From: a virus
DNA length: 64,000 bases
IMG/VR virus record: IMGVR_UViG_3300010430_000022
Span: 10,466-74,465 of that record
Reading direction: 5' to 3' (one strand)
Part shown: piece by piece, positions 29,534-39,429 of the stretch
Position numbering within the stretch: position 1 is the stretch's first letter
How the letters are laid out: every line of letters begins with the position of its first letter
Program-made: the position numbers and the translations under genes
The notes under the pieces: model-generated
Seen by the model: only the letters and a program-made list of their open reading frames with translations
Told to the model about the DNA's origin: nothing
Databases searched by the model: none

Positions 29534-32500
29534 TGCAGGCACAGATGAACAGAACCCGTGCTACTCACAGCCGCCCCTCGATGAACATGTGGGAGTGGTT
29601 CGACATGTGGGCCCTCTATGAGGAGGTCACGCGTCGCTTCGGTTCGAGGAACCTGTTCGAGGATGAGGACGAGGAGGATTACTCGGACGAGGAGAAAGCG
29701 AAGCATCACGACTTCTACGTGAAGCACTTCAATGAGGTGCTCCACAACCACAACAGGATGTCTGCCAAGGACAGCAAGGATCGCTTGGCGCAGGTTGGTC
29801 AGTGGGCGTCGGAGCCATCGTCGAAGGTCGACATCAGGGCCGGACTGCGTCCACGACAAGGACGAACCGAGCGGGGCAGGGTCGTCCCTGTGGGCAAGGA
29901 CCCAGTAACCAAGAAGAAGCAATTCGTGAGCAGCGAAGCACCTGGCTTCGGCGAGAAGGCTCGCGACTTTCGTAAGCGTCGGAGCGAGTGGCACAAGGGT
30001 CTTCGCGCTGATGGTCACGATCTGAAGTCTGCTCACTCGGCCGCCCAGATCGTGACCGCAGTGAGCGGTAGTAAGCACGGTCACATTCTGCTCAGGGCCG
30101 CGAAGTCTCTCGCAGGCGACCCGCACAAGTCACCTGAGCGTCACAGAGGCATTTCGAGCACGACGGCTAAGAGCGTGCCTGGTGGTGGCAAGACCTCGCC
30201 TGATGAAGATAAGCACTTCATCGGTGCCACGCTGATGACGCGCCACGGAGAAGCGCAGTCGGCGCACACCAACGAAGAGACCAAGCGGCTCCACGCTCGG
30301 CTCAAGGCACGTCGCGATCACGCTGCTTCGAAGGTCGAACCACTGGAGCCACGCGGAGAGGAAGAAAGCGAAGAAGCCTGGGGGAAGCGTGCTAGCGCCC
30401 ACGACTCCAAGGTCAATAAGGCTGAAAGTGATATCGAATCAAACGATAAGCACGGCTATGCCTCTATCTCGACCGATACGAATCACACAGAAGACCAGGT
30501 GAAGGCGCACCGCCAGCGCATCTACGGTAAGCGCGCTGGAGCACACCTCTCGCCGATTCGCGACCTGGCTAGACAGGCTATGGCTCACATCGAGCCTAAG
30601 AAGGACAAGGACGGGAACATCACTGGCCCCGGCGGCAAGCTGAGTCATGAGTGGGTTGCACGAGCAGCGAAGCAACTTGCGATTCAGCGTCGTAGCTCTC
30701 ACGAGACAAGCAAGAAGGCGGACTCTTTCAGGAAGGCCGTCGACACCGGTCATCGTTTGGGCGGAGATGACGAAGACCAGGCGAAGGGGATGGCAGGGAT
30801 CTCTCAGTCCTCCGGCAAGCTTGCCACTCGCGTGAAGACAGGTGAAACGGTCAATCCCAAGTGGCACCACCCTGCCTCAAAACGAGCCAAGGATACTGGC
30901 ATCACCATGCGGGGGCGCGATGGTAGCCCGAGTGCCGAAGCGCACGAAGCAGCTAACAAGGCTCTAGGAGTAACAAGAAAGAGAGCAAGCATCGATATTG
31001 GAACGGCGATCAAGACGCTTACCGACAAGGGCCACGACCCCAAGTCGATTGCCCGGTTGCTCCAACACCCACACGGACAAGTGATGCGGAGGCTGGCCGG
31101 CTTCTCACCTACTGGTGCCGAGAGAGGCGGCGGCGCGTCAGGCAAACGTGCTGGTGCGCGAGAGAAGCGCGATCAACAACCCGTCAAGTCTGCGATGCGC
31201 GCAGAGCGCGAGGCCAAGATCGCCAAGGGCAAGTCTCCTACTGAGGCCGTCAAGGCCGACCTTCACCGTCTCTATCCGAAGCGAGACGAGGTTGGAGAGG
31301 GGCAAGACGACGAGAATCCGACAGGATCCTTCGCAGGCCGCATCCACAAGATGTATCACGGCGAAAAGGACGCAAAGGGAAACTGGATCTCCCAGCCGAT
31401 GCCTCACAAGAAGGATGTGCAGGCCGATGAGGAGCAGCCAGACAAGCTAGGCGTACGCATTACACCTGGCACGGCACGCGCTGGCTTCACCGCTGGCAGA
31501 AACATTTCAGGTGCGAGTCCTCTCGAACACCCTGGCAAGTTCGACGAAGAGGCCGCTCACAAGCAGCACGACGGAGACGAGAAGAAGATCGAGCACGCTC
31601 GTCGATCTCACGAGACGCGCCTGGACCGTTTCCACGACAGGATGGCAGACAACCACGACGGTGTTCACAAGGCCATGGATAAGATCCTCGCGAACGTGAA
31701 GGATCGAAACCACCACCTGACTGTTCAGCATCGTGAACATCACGACGCACTCAAGCTCGCCAAAAACACAAACAACGAAAGGGATGTAGAGGAGCTAACG
31801 GCTCATGGCAAGAAGATGAACATCATGGATGACATCATCGATCACCACATGAACCACGCTCAGCACGATCCTGACGTGAAGAAGGCTTTGGGCGGCTCTC
31901 TCGCTCGTGTTCGCTCAGGACTCACCAACATCCAGGCTCGTCTGCGAAAGCATGGTGAGCACTCTATGGCGGCTCGAATCCTTCGTGGGGGCGCATCGCA
32001 GAAGGCTCGTGGTGGTGAAGAGCGCGGTAAAGGTCGCCCAGGTGACCCACTTTCGCGTCAGCGCGTTCGCGTTCCCGGCAGCGAGTCTGGTGCCGGTGGT
32101 GACATCGAGTCTCCAACAAAGCACAAGCCTGAGCAGTACATCGAGCCGACTACACAAACCAGAAAGGTCAAAATGCGCACAGCGCGCGGCGAGCCTGCTG
32201 GTACCGCAAACAGGCCCGTGCCTTCCGTGGCGACGCGAATCCTCGACAAGAGAGCGCAGGCCGCTCGCACCGCCAGCGCTATGGCGAAGCATGCTGCGTC
32301 GAAGGCTGCTAAGGAAGCCGCGAAGAGTCGTGAGGACGCCCAGGAGCGGGCAACTATGCAGCGACCTGGTGGCGCAGGTGGCCCAATTGGACCAAAGCCG
32401 ATTCCTGGCGCCGATAAAGAGGCGGAGAGGCGACGAGCGCGCGGCGACGCTGCTATGGCGGCCAAGAAGTCTCTCGCTGATAAGGTTGCTGCTGCACCGT

Positions 32501-32949
32501 CTTCGAAGACGGGCAAAGTGGGAACACCAGAGACAAGCTCAACGAGTCCTGCAACCCAGGCTCGATACCGCACCTACCCTTCAAAGTCGACCCCAACAAG
32601 TCGCGCTCAGATCACACCAACAACCAGTGATTCACCTCGGATTCAGGCGCCCTCCAGGCCGGAACCCGGAACACCAGGTGGTCGTAGGCCCGAGGGCGAG
32701 AAGAAGCTGGTTCGCGCCCGCCCAACGGGCAGAAAGGGCGAGTTCTACGTACAGCCCGCCTCGTCGCCGCGCAGCGCGCCTGGGCGTCTCGCTCGAAGGA
32801 AGAAAAAGAAGGAGAAGACTGAGGGAGAGAAGAAGATGGACGCGCTCTTCAGGAAGCCTGACAACAGGGAAGAGTCTCTCTTCGTTCGTACGCGCCTCGT
32901 TATCAACGAGTCATCGTCGCTCCTCAATCGGACCCCTCTCTCCGTTTAG
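29530..32949 (+). CDS. Large His/Lys/Arg-rich low-complexity protein (putative internal head protein)
   Basis: 1139 aa; C-terminal ESLFVRTRLVINE..SLLNRTPL motif. Confidence 0.65.
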   Translation: MMQAQMNRTRATHSRPSMNMWEWFDMWALYEEVTRRFGSRNLFEDEDEEDYSDEEKAKHHDFYVKHFNEVLHNHNRMSAKDSKDRLAQVGQWASEPSSKVDIRAGLRPRQGRTERGRVVPVGKDPVTKKKQFVSSEAPGFGEKARDFRKRRSEWHKGLRADGHDLKSAHSAAQIVTAVSGSKHGHILLRAAKSLAGDPHKSPERHRGISSTTAKSVPGGGKTSPDEDKHFIGATLMTRHGEAQSAHTNEETKRLHARLKARRDHAASKVEPLEPRGEEESEEAWGKRASAHDSKVNKAESDIESNDKHGYASISTDTNHTEDQVKAHRQRIYGKRAGAHLSPIRDLARQAMAHIEPKKDKDGNITGPGGKLSHEWVARAAKQLAIQRRSSHETSKKADSFRKAVDTGHRLGGDDEDQAKGMAGISQSSGKLATRVKTGETVNPKWHHPASKRAKDTGITMRGRDGSPSAEAHEAANKALGVTRKRASIDIGTAIKTLTDKGHDPKSIARLLQHPHGQVMRRLAGFSPTGAERGGGASGKRAGAREKRDQQPVKSAMRAEREAKIAKGKSPTEAVKADLHRLYPKRDEVGEGQDDENPTGSFAGRIHKMYHGEKDAKGNWISQPMPHKKDVQADEEQPDKLGVRITPGTARAGFTAGRNISGASPLEHPGKFDEEAAHKQHDGDEKKIEHARRSHETRLDRFHDRMADNHDGVHKAMDKILANVKDRNHHLTVQHREHHDALKLAKNTNNERDVEELTAHGKKMNIMDDIIDHHMNHAQHDPDVKKALGGSLARVRSGLTNIQARLRKHGEHSMAARILRGGASQKARGGEERGKGRPGDPLSRQRVRVPGSESGAGGDIESPTKHKPEQYIEPTTQTRKVKMRTARGEPAGTANRPVPSVATRILDKRAQAARTASAMAKHAASKAAKEAAKSREDAQERATMQRPGGAGGPIGPKPIPGADKEAERRRARGDAAMAAKKSLADKVAAAPSSKTGKVGTPETSSTSPATQARYRTYPSKSTPTSRAQITPTTSDSPRIQAPSRPEPGTPGGRRPEGEKKLVRARPTGRKGEFYVQPASSPRSAPGRLARRKKKKEKTEGEKKMDALFRKPDNREESLFVRTRLVINESSSLLNRTPLSV

Positions 32950-32958
32950 GAGCGAACT

Positions 32959-33336
32959 ATGGGCTATCTGACCGATAACATTCCGCTTGGAGAGAACTCT
33001 GCGTTCTGCCAAGACCTGTATGTCTATCGGATCATCGTTCAGCCTGGCTCACTCTCTGACTCTGCGCTTTCATCCATCGTCAAAGACGAGATTCCTGACG
33101 TTGAGGAATGGCAATACTCTGGGCGACGTCGTTGTCCAATTGTTCCCAACCGAGGCAAGGCTAAGGGTATCCGGCGGGTGATCCATCCGGCTGGTTACGC
33201 ACAGAACTCGCGCCGTGTTCGACCTTTCACTGAAGAGGTGACATACGCATTTCACACGAACGACCAGCGAAGTCAGATCGCTGCTCGTTTCGACGTGGAG
33301 CGCATCAGCTATAGGCTCGAAGATGAGCCGTCCTAA
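32959..33336 (+). CDS. Hypothetical protein
   Basis: AGGAG RBS. Confidence 0.55.
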   Translation: MGYLTDNIPLGENSAFCQDLYVYRIIVQPGSLSDSALSSIVKDEIPDVEEWQYSGRRRCPIVPNRGKAKGIRRVIHPAGYAQNSRRVRPFTEEVTYAFHTNDQRSQIAARFDVERISYRLEDEPS

Positions 33337-33425
33337 CCAGTGAGCTTGCTGTGATTCCATCACGGTTTGGCGTAAACTAGCTAGGATCAAGAGATTTGAG
33401 CCTTTAGGCTCTTGGGAGCAAAATC

Positions 33426-36008
33426 ATGGCGCAGGGATTCGACGAAATTCTCGGCCTTTACCAGGCATCCGTGAGGAAGAGCCCTGCCTTGATGATGGAG
33501 ACGATCAACGTCGATTCCAATCGTGGTGTCACATCGCGCGGCAACTCTCCATACGACAAGTATGCGTCCCCTGCGACTCGGGCTAAAGTCCTTGAGTCTC
33601 GGATGCAGGAGATCGAGGCTTTTGCGCGCAGCCGCAGTCTCTCTGCGTCAGCTATCTACGCTCTTGCGGAAGCCGCGATGCGCACTGGAAAGATCCCTGA
33701 TCTCGGTCAGTTCGGTCTGGCTGGTGACGACGCGGTCGCAACCAAGCAGTTCCTCATCTCCAACGTCCTGAACATCGCTGGTCTGGAATGGACTGACTAC
33801 AAGGGCGATCCGGTTGTCGAGGACGACGAAGAGCCTGAGCACCACGGCGCGCACGTCGTGGGCGATGAGCCGATGCGCATAGCCCAGGAGCAGGAGCCTC
33901 CTAAGAAGCGTCGGCGCCCGAAGACTACTGCTGGCGGCTACCAGATGGCCGACACAAGCAATGATCCTGCACGATTCATGGCTGAGGGCGCCGAGGGTAT
34001 GCAGTCCAGTGGACAGAAGCTCGGCTCCCACTGGGCGAAGCACACTCCAAATCGCGTCGGATCAGCAGGCGCCAAGCGTGAGCGCCGGGCTGCCCACAAG
34101 GCAGGACGTCGTGCCGGGCAGGCTGACGCCGAGCAGGGCATGTCTGACTACGAGCAGGATAAGGAGGAGCGCGAGGAGCATCTTGAAGTCGATCCGACTC
34201 GCTTCATGGCTGAGGCTCCCGAGGACTACTGGCAGCGCTCTCGCACAGATCGCAAGAAGTCACAGGCCAACTACGACGAGCGCGTGAAGCGCCGCGCTTC
34301 TCAGTTGGGGGGCACCGGCGAAACCGGCTCTCCTGAGGTTCAGGAACAGAAGGCCAAGTCGAGGGCTGCTACCGCTGCGCGCGAAGCTGCGAAGGCTGCA
34401 AAGGCGAAGAAGTTCGGTATCGACCGGAAGCCCAAGATGGATAGCGTCGAATTCGATCCCATGACCTTCATGGGTGAGGGTGTGAAGCCAAAGCCGCAGG
34501 CCGGCTTCACCGAGAAGCAGGTCCGCAAGTTCACCGGCAGGAACCGCAAGGGTGCGCGCCGTCGCGAAGTTGGCGATGGTTACGGCCGATACGGTCGCCC
34601 GGTTGCTGGTGGCGGTCGCGGAAAGAAGGGCGTCCAAGGTGGCTGGGGACCAACCGACGAGCGGAAGGAGCCTCAAGACGTTGACGTTCAGGCTGACTCT
34701 GTTTTTGTCGATCCCTCCCGCTTCATGGCTGAAGGAGATGATCCCTACGACCGAATCGTGACCGCTGCTGGACATAGACGGCGGCCACACGAGCTTCAAG
34801 GCGAGGAGTTGAAGCGCGCCAAGGCAGAGAGTCAGCGTCGTCGTGAGTCTCCCGAACGTCGGGAGCAGGTGAAGCAGTGGAAGAAGTCTCGTAAGGATCG
34901 AGAGTCCCGCAAGGCGGCACGAGCAAAGGAAATGGGCGTCGAGCGCAAGCCGCAGATGAACAGTCTTGAGTTCGATCCCTTTCAGTTCATGGCTGAGGAG
35001 AAGGACACTGTCGGTGGACCTTCGAACGCGACCCTCTCGCCCAACCGCATGTCCGATGGTGGCGACACGCCCCACAAGCTCCAGGACTACGAGCGGAATG
35101 ACCTTCTCTCGAAAGAGGTCATGGCGAAGCTGAGGAAGATTGCCGGAGACGGCGTCTACGGCTACTCCCGTGAGGATCTCTTCCGGCTCGCCCGCGAGCG
35201 CGGTCTGCTCGGGACCGAGGAGGCTGTCGAAGAGGCCGCCCATCTTGGTGCTGCCGGAAACGACCGTAGCGCCGGCAGCGCTGGTCTCGGCAACTACCCC
35301 GGCCCCACCACAGTTCCCTGGGAAGAGGACGAGAAGGAGAAGCGACGTCGGAAGCAGGAAGAAGACGCTCGTTCTGAGGTCGACAAAATCCTTGGGATTG
35401 AGCAAGGTGATCCGCGTGGCGACTCCTGGCCCAAGCTTGGTGGCGAGATGGCTCGCCTCATGGGTGTTCAGGAAAGCGTAGGCACTCCGGTCCATACCTA
35501 CATGACCCAAGAGGAGGTTGCGGCCGAGGAGAAGGCTCTTCGCGAGCGTTCTGAGACCGACAAGATCCTTGGGATCATGCCTGGTGACCCCCGTGGCGAC
35601 GCCTGGCCCAAGCTCGGCGGTGAGATGGCGCGTCTCATGAATCTGGAGGATCAAGGCGTTTTCCGGGCCCCGCGTGGCATCAACATGGACGAGCCGGCCG
35701 AAGATCAGATCGACGAGATGACCACTTCGGGCGGTCTAGGTGGCTTCATTGGTGGAGGCATGATGGGCGGCGGCATGATGGGCCGCACCTGCGCTATGCC
35801 CTCCTACGACGCGTCCTATCAGCTTCCGGAGGATCCGGACGAGCGCGTCAAGGCCCTCAACAAGCTGCTCAACAAGGGCAAGAAGAAGGGCAAGAAGGTT
35901 CAGGAGAGCGAGGAGATCTACGAGCCGGCACCGAACTCAACTGAGGTCCCGACTGTTCGTGACGAAGCCTACGACGCTCATCCTTCGCGCTTCATGAAGC
36001 GCCGCTAG
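33426..36008 (+). CDS. Putative internal head polyprotein with repeated DPxxFMAE motifs
   Basis: DPARFMAE, DPTRFMAE, DPMTFMGE, DPSRFMAE, DPFQFMAE, HPSRFMK. Confidence 0.65.
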   Translation: MAQGFDEILGLYQASVRKSPALMMETINVDSNRGVTSRGNSPYDKYASPATRAKVLESRMQEIEAFARSRSLSASAIYALAEAAMRTGKIPDLGQFGLAGDDAVATKQFLISNVLNIAGLEWTDYKGDPVVEDDEEPEHHGAHVVGDEPMRIAQEQEPPKKRRRPKTTAGGYQMADTSNDPARFMAEGAEGMQSSGQKLGSHWAKHTPNRVGSAGAKRERRAAHKAGRRAGQADAEQGMSDYEQDKEEREEHLEVDPTRFMAEAPEDYWQRSRTDRKKSQANYDERVKRRASQLGGTGETGSPEVQEQKAKSRAATAAREAAKAAKAKKFGIDRKPKMDSVEFDPMTFMGEGVKPKPQAGFTEKQVRKFTGRNRKGARRREVGDGYGRYGRPVAGGGRGKKGVQGGWGPTDERKEPQDVDVQADSVFVDPSRFMAEGDDPYDRIVTAAGHRRRPHELQGEELKRAKAESQRRRESPERREQVKQWKKSRKDRESRKAARAKEMGVERKPQMNSLEFDPFQFMAEEKDTVGGPSNATLSPNRMSDGGDTPHKLQDYERNDLLSKEVMAKLRKIAGDGVYGYSREDLFRLARERGLLGTEEAVEEAAHLGAAGNDRSAGSAGLGNYPGPTTVPWEEDEKEKRRRKQEEDARSEVDKILGIEQGDPRGDSWPKLGGEMARLMGVQESVGTPVHTYMTQEEVAAEEKALRERSETDKILGIMPGDPRGDAWPKLGGEMARLMNLEDQGVFRAPRGINMDEPAEDQIDEMTTSGGLGGFIGGGMMGGGMMGRTCAMPSYDASYQLPEDPDERVKALNKLLNKGKKKGKKVQESEEIYEPAPNSTEVPTVRDEAYDAHPSRFMKRR
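35370..35639 (+). repeat. Intragenic ~93-bp duplication
   Basis: 35370-35462 vs 35547-35639, encoding RSE.DKILGI..GDPRGD.WPKLGGEMARLM. Confidence 0.85.
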
Positions 36009-36016
36009 AGGTCTAC

Positions 36017-36301
36017 GTGACGCTCGAACGCACCAACCTCATCATGGAGACCGGCCCCTACGGGGGCGGGGGCGGTGGTCGTTCGGCTGGTGGATTCGCT
36101 ACGCCTGTTTCGGGCCGGCGGTTCAATACCTGGCCGTTCGTCCCCAACGCTAAGCTTCTGATGCAGAAGGATCAGGAGGCTCAGCGCCGCCGCGAACGTC
36201 TTCGCGAATTGGCGTTAGGATGGTTCATGCACGGTGGCATGGGGACCGCCGGCTCGACGAACGGTGCGTCTAGTGGCTCAGCCCCAGGATCAATCTTCTA
36301 G
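36017..36301 (+). CDS. Small protein with LERTNLIME N-terminus
   Basis: GAGG RBS; MTLERTNLIMET. Confidence 0.55.
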   Translation: MTLERTNLIMETGPYGGGGGGRSAGGFATPVSGRRFNTWPFVPNAKLLMQKDQEAQRRRERLRELALGWFMHGGMGTAGSTNGASSGSAPGSIF

Positions 36302-36542
36302 CGACAGCACGAAATGGTGCAGGTGCGAACAGCGCCCACCAATGCCTGGCTCAGATCTTTGCCTCCCGTGCTCAAAGAAAGATCTCGAATCCCCTCAAGA
36401 GTGTGGTGCTGAGGGTCCGATAGAGGATCAAAGAGATCGCCTTGGGGCTCTACGGGCCCTAGTCTGGTCACTGATACTTAGCTGCCTGGCGTTCGTGCTA
36501 GGAATCGGTATCTTCGTGGGCTGGATTATCTGGGGCAAGTGA
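36234..36542 (+). CDS. Small membrane protein with Cys motif (start uncertain)
   Basis: CRC...CLPC followed by a C-terminal TM helix. Confidence 0.4.
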   Translation: MAWGPPARRTVRLVAQPQDQSSSDSTKWCRCEQRPPMPGSDLCLPCSKKDLESPQECGAEGPIEDQRDRLGALRALVWSLILSCLAFVLGIGIFVGWIIWGK

Positions 36543-36576
36543 AGCGACAGCCCGCGGGGCGAGGTGAGGTGAAATC

Positions 36577-37128
36577 GTGGCCAAAAACATGGCTGATCTA
36601 GGGTGCAAGTCGACTATCTACATCACACCACCGAAGATTGCGGACCCGGTACGGTCCTACTTTGCTTCGGGTGTGATTCCGCTCGATCCGGCGACGGAAC
36701 CGAACAACCCGTTGAAGGCAACGAACTTCTGCACGGGCCCTGGCTCGAATGGTGGCTCTCTTGGAGATGGGCTTACCGTCTCTTGGTCAGACCACGGTGG
36801 CGTCTTCGTCAATCCTCCCTACGGCAAAGGCATGAAGGATTGGTGCGCCAAGATCCACGAGGAGACGGTCGCCGGAACTGAGATTCTGGCCCTCCTTCCC
36901 TGCGGTGCTCGGTTCGCCACCAAGTATTGGCAAGACCACATCTTCAATTCCGGACTGGACGTCACACTGTTCGTGCGTGGACGGGTACAGTTCCTTCGTC
37001 CGGACGGCTCGGGGACGCAGGGCTCAAACCCCTACGACTCGCAACTGCTTGGGTTCAATGTGGACATCGACAAGTTCGTCAAGTGCTTCGGCCACCTTGG
37101 GTCGGTCGTGAAGATGGAAGTTGCATGA
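36577..37128 (+). CDS. Phage DNA N6-adenine methyltransferase (Dam-like)
   Basis: 'TPP', 'LDPA', 'DGL..SW...VFVNPPYG', 'FVRGRVQF'. Confidence 0.88.
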   Translation: MAKNMADLGCKSTIYITPPKIADPVRSYFASGVIPLDPATEPNNPLKATNFCTGPGSNGGSLGDGLTVSWSDHGGVFVNPPYGKGMKDWCAKIHEETVAGTEILALLPCGARFATKYWQDHIFNSGLDVTLFVRGRVQFLRPDGSGTQGSNPYDSQLLGFNVDIDKFVKCFGHLGSVVKMEVA

Positions 37129-37388
37129 GCGGATTCCAGATCGGTGTTCTGATCTGGCTCGTCTTTCTCACTATCCGGAGCTTCACGGCGCAGGCCAGAA
37201 CCGCGAAGGTCGTTGACCTACTGGTGGAGATGGACGTTCTGAAGCGCGTTGAGACGCCGACGAAGAAGACTAGCTCTACGACGACTTATGTGCCGCCAGA
37301 CCGATCTGATCCCGACAACAACCCGTTCCTGAAGGCGGGAATCGAAGCAATCAGGCAGAGCAAGAAGAAAGGCAGCCAGGATGGGTGA
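37125..37388 (+). CDS. Small membrane protein
   Basis: ATGA coupling; N-terminal TM segment MSGFQIGVLIWLVFL. Confidence 0.5.
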   Translation: MSGFQIGVLIWLVFLTIRSFTAQARTAKVVDLLVEMDVLKRVETPTKKTSSTTTYVPPDRSDPDNNPFLKAGIEAIRQSKKKGSQDG

Positions 37389-38193
37389 GCAGCCGAACAA
37401 GATCCTGTTCCTGATCGGAGGGAACGCGGGCCACGGGAAGGACACCTTCGCGGACTACTTGAAGGAGGTCACAACACTCTGGACGGGGACCTACTCAACC
37501 GCCTACGCCTATGGGATCAAGAAGATCGTTCACGAGACCTACGGAACCCCGTGGGAGATCCTGAACGGGAACAAGGACGTCAAGGAGTCCTCCTTCATCT
37601 ATCTGGGGGGCCAGAAGACCGAAGTCACGGTTCGTCGTGCGCTCCAGAACATCGGCCAGTTCCACAGGGAGACTTTCGGTCCGACCTGCTGGGCAGCCGC
37701 GACGCTTACGCGCTGCAAGCAGTCCAACGAGCGTGTCTGCATCGTGACCGATGCCCGTCACCCAGCCGAAGAGATCCACTGGATCGGCGACGAGGCGGCC
37801 TCGGCTGGCTTCGTGGTGGTCCCAGTGAAGATTCGTAGGGAATCGGTCCCGGTCAACCCAGACCACCCCTCAGAGAGCCTCATTCTGGCTGAGCCGGATG
37901 GCTCCTTCTCGTTCATCATCAAGAACGACAGCACGCTGGAGGATCTGCGGCGCGCTGCTGAGCAAGTCGCCTGCGCTGCTGTGCTTCTCCAGAAAGCTGG
38001 TAAGAAGAAGCTCCCTGGGAAGCTCATGGCCTTCGGAGTCCGCGCTGAGCCGGGACACATGCCCTACGAGCCTACGCTCTCTGCTGAGAGCGCCGACCTG
38101 CTCGCCAACAGGATGACGGATGAGACTGGGATACACCACACGGCCGAGCTACTCAAGTTCGACCTCCTGACGGGGGTTGCGAGTGGTCACTAG
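37381..38193 (+). CDS. Deoxynucleoside monophosphate kinase
   Basis: 'GNAGHGKDT', 'RRALQNIG', 'VTDARH..E', 'HPSE', 'IKNDSTLEDL'. Confidence 0.88.
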   Translation: MGEQPNKILFLIGGNAGHGKDTFADYLKEVTTLWTGTYSTAYAYGIKKIVHETYGTPWEILNGNKDVKESSFIYLGGQKTEVTVRRALQNIGQFHRETFGPTCWAAATLTRCKQSNERVCIVTDARHPAEEIHWIGDEAASAGFVVVPVKIRRESVPVNPDHPSESLILAEPDGSFSFIIKNDSTLEDLRRAAEQVACAAVLLQKAGKKKLPGKLMAFGVRAEPGHMPYEPTLSAESADLLANRMTDETGIHHTAELLKFDLLTGVASGH

Positions 38194-38237
38194 AACTCAG
38201 CCGCACCCCGCGGGCTCCTCTTCCAAGGACAGAACCA

Positions 38238-39098
38238 ATGTTTGATCGCTTCACCGACCGCGCACGCAAGGTCATGGGCTTGGCTCGTACCGAGGCTCAG
38301 ACGTTCAACCACCAGTACATCGGGACCGAGCACATCCTGCTTGGTCTGATCGAAGAGGGCTCTGGGATCGCTGCCAACGTGCTTCGCAATCTCGATGTCG
38401 GGTCGCTGGTAGTGCGTCACGAAGTCGAGAAGATGCTCCAGGATGGCCCGACCATGGTCACTATGGGTCAGCTTCCGTTCACTCCGCGTGCAAAGCGACT
38501 GCTGGAGCTAGCTGGCGGTGCAGCGAACGAAATGCACCACGGCTACATCGGCACTGAGCACCTTCTCCTAGGAGTCCTTCTCGAAGACGAAGGCACAGCC
38601 GCTAAGGCGCTGAAGAACCTCGGGCTGAACTCGGACAACGTTCGCGCCGAGGTCATGGAGTTGCTCGGCCCCCTGGCAAACAGGCCCATTACGGAGGCGA
38701 CGACTAACGATGTAGGGTTCGACGACTACCAAGCGTTCACGCGCACGACCGCCGTCTACCCCGGCTGCGACGAGCAGGGCTTCCACAGCGCCTCTTACTG
38801 CACCTTCGGCCTTACCGGCGAGGCCGGCGAGGTCGCCGAGAAGATGAAGAAGCGCTACCGCCTGGGCGGCCCCAATGCTTTCCTTCCCGGCTCGGTTGTG
38901 GACTACAAGGGCAACCCTGAGACCTACGAGGAGTTCGTGGAGGGCGTTAAGAAGGAACTCGGAGACGTGCTTTGGTACGTCGCGGGCCTCGCTGCTGAAC
39001 TCGGAATCTCGCTCTCTGACGTTGCTGACGCCAACATCGTGAAGCTCTCGTCGCGCAAAGAACGCGGTGTGCTCAAGGGCAAGGGCGACGATAGGTAA
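38238..39098 (+). CDS. Clp N-terminal domain fused to MazG-like NTP pyrophosphohydrolase
   Basis: MFDRFTDRARKV...IGTEHILLGL x2; then 'GLTGEAGEVAEKMKK', 'KELGDVLWY', 'N..KL.SR..RG...G.GD.R'. Confidence 0.9.
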   Translation: MFDRFTDRARKVMGLARTEAQTFNHQYIGTEHILLGLIEEGSGIAANVLRNLDVGSLVVRHEVEKMLQDGPTMVTMGQLPFTPRAKRLLELAGGAANEMHHGYIGTEHLLLGVLLEDEGTAAKALKNLGLNSDNVRAEVMELLGPLANRPITEATTNDVGFDDYQAFTRTTAVYPGCDEQGFHSASYCTFGLTGEAGEVAEKMKKRYRLGGPNAFLPGSVVDYKGNPETYEEFVEGVKKELGDVLWYVAGLAAELGISLSDVADANIVKLSSRKERGVLKGKGDDR

Positions 39099-39429
39099 CC
39101 GCGCGCTCACGCGCCGTGTCTGTCAAGTCCTAAGACCGAATAATCGGTAAGTCTCGGTCTATTCGTTGCATTCGACCGCTACTGCAAGACCTACGTCGTG
39201 TCACACGAATAGGTCTCGCAGTCCCCGAGCGCGATGCGCTATGGTGGCTAACCTGGGTCGCACAGACGAAGCCTCGAATGGTATGTAACGTCTACTGGTC
39301 CAGTAAAAGAAACACGAGTTGTTGGGCGCGAGGTGAGCAGGGGCTTGGGACGTATTACGGCTGAACGCCGATACCCCACAGACCTCTCTCCGGTGAATAC
39401 GTACCCACAGCTTACAAGGAGGTAACTAC

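Noticed and set aside
39099-39429. Cobalamin riboswitch or NrdR box upstream of nrdJ
   Set aside because: No B12-box or NrdR consensus recognisable by eye.
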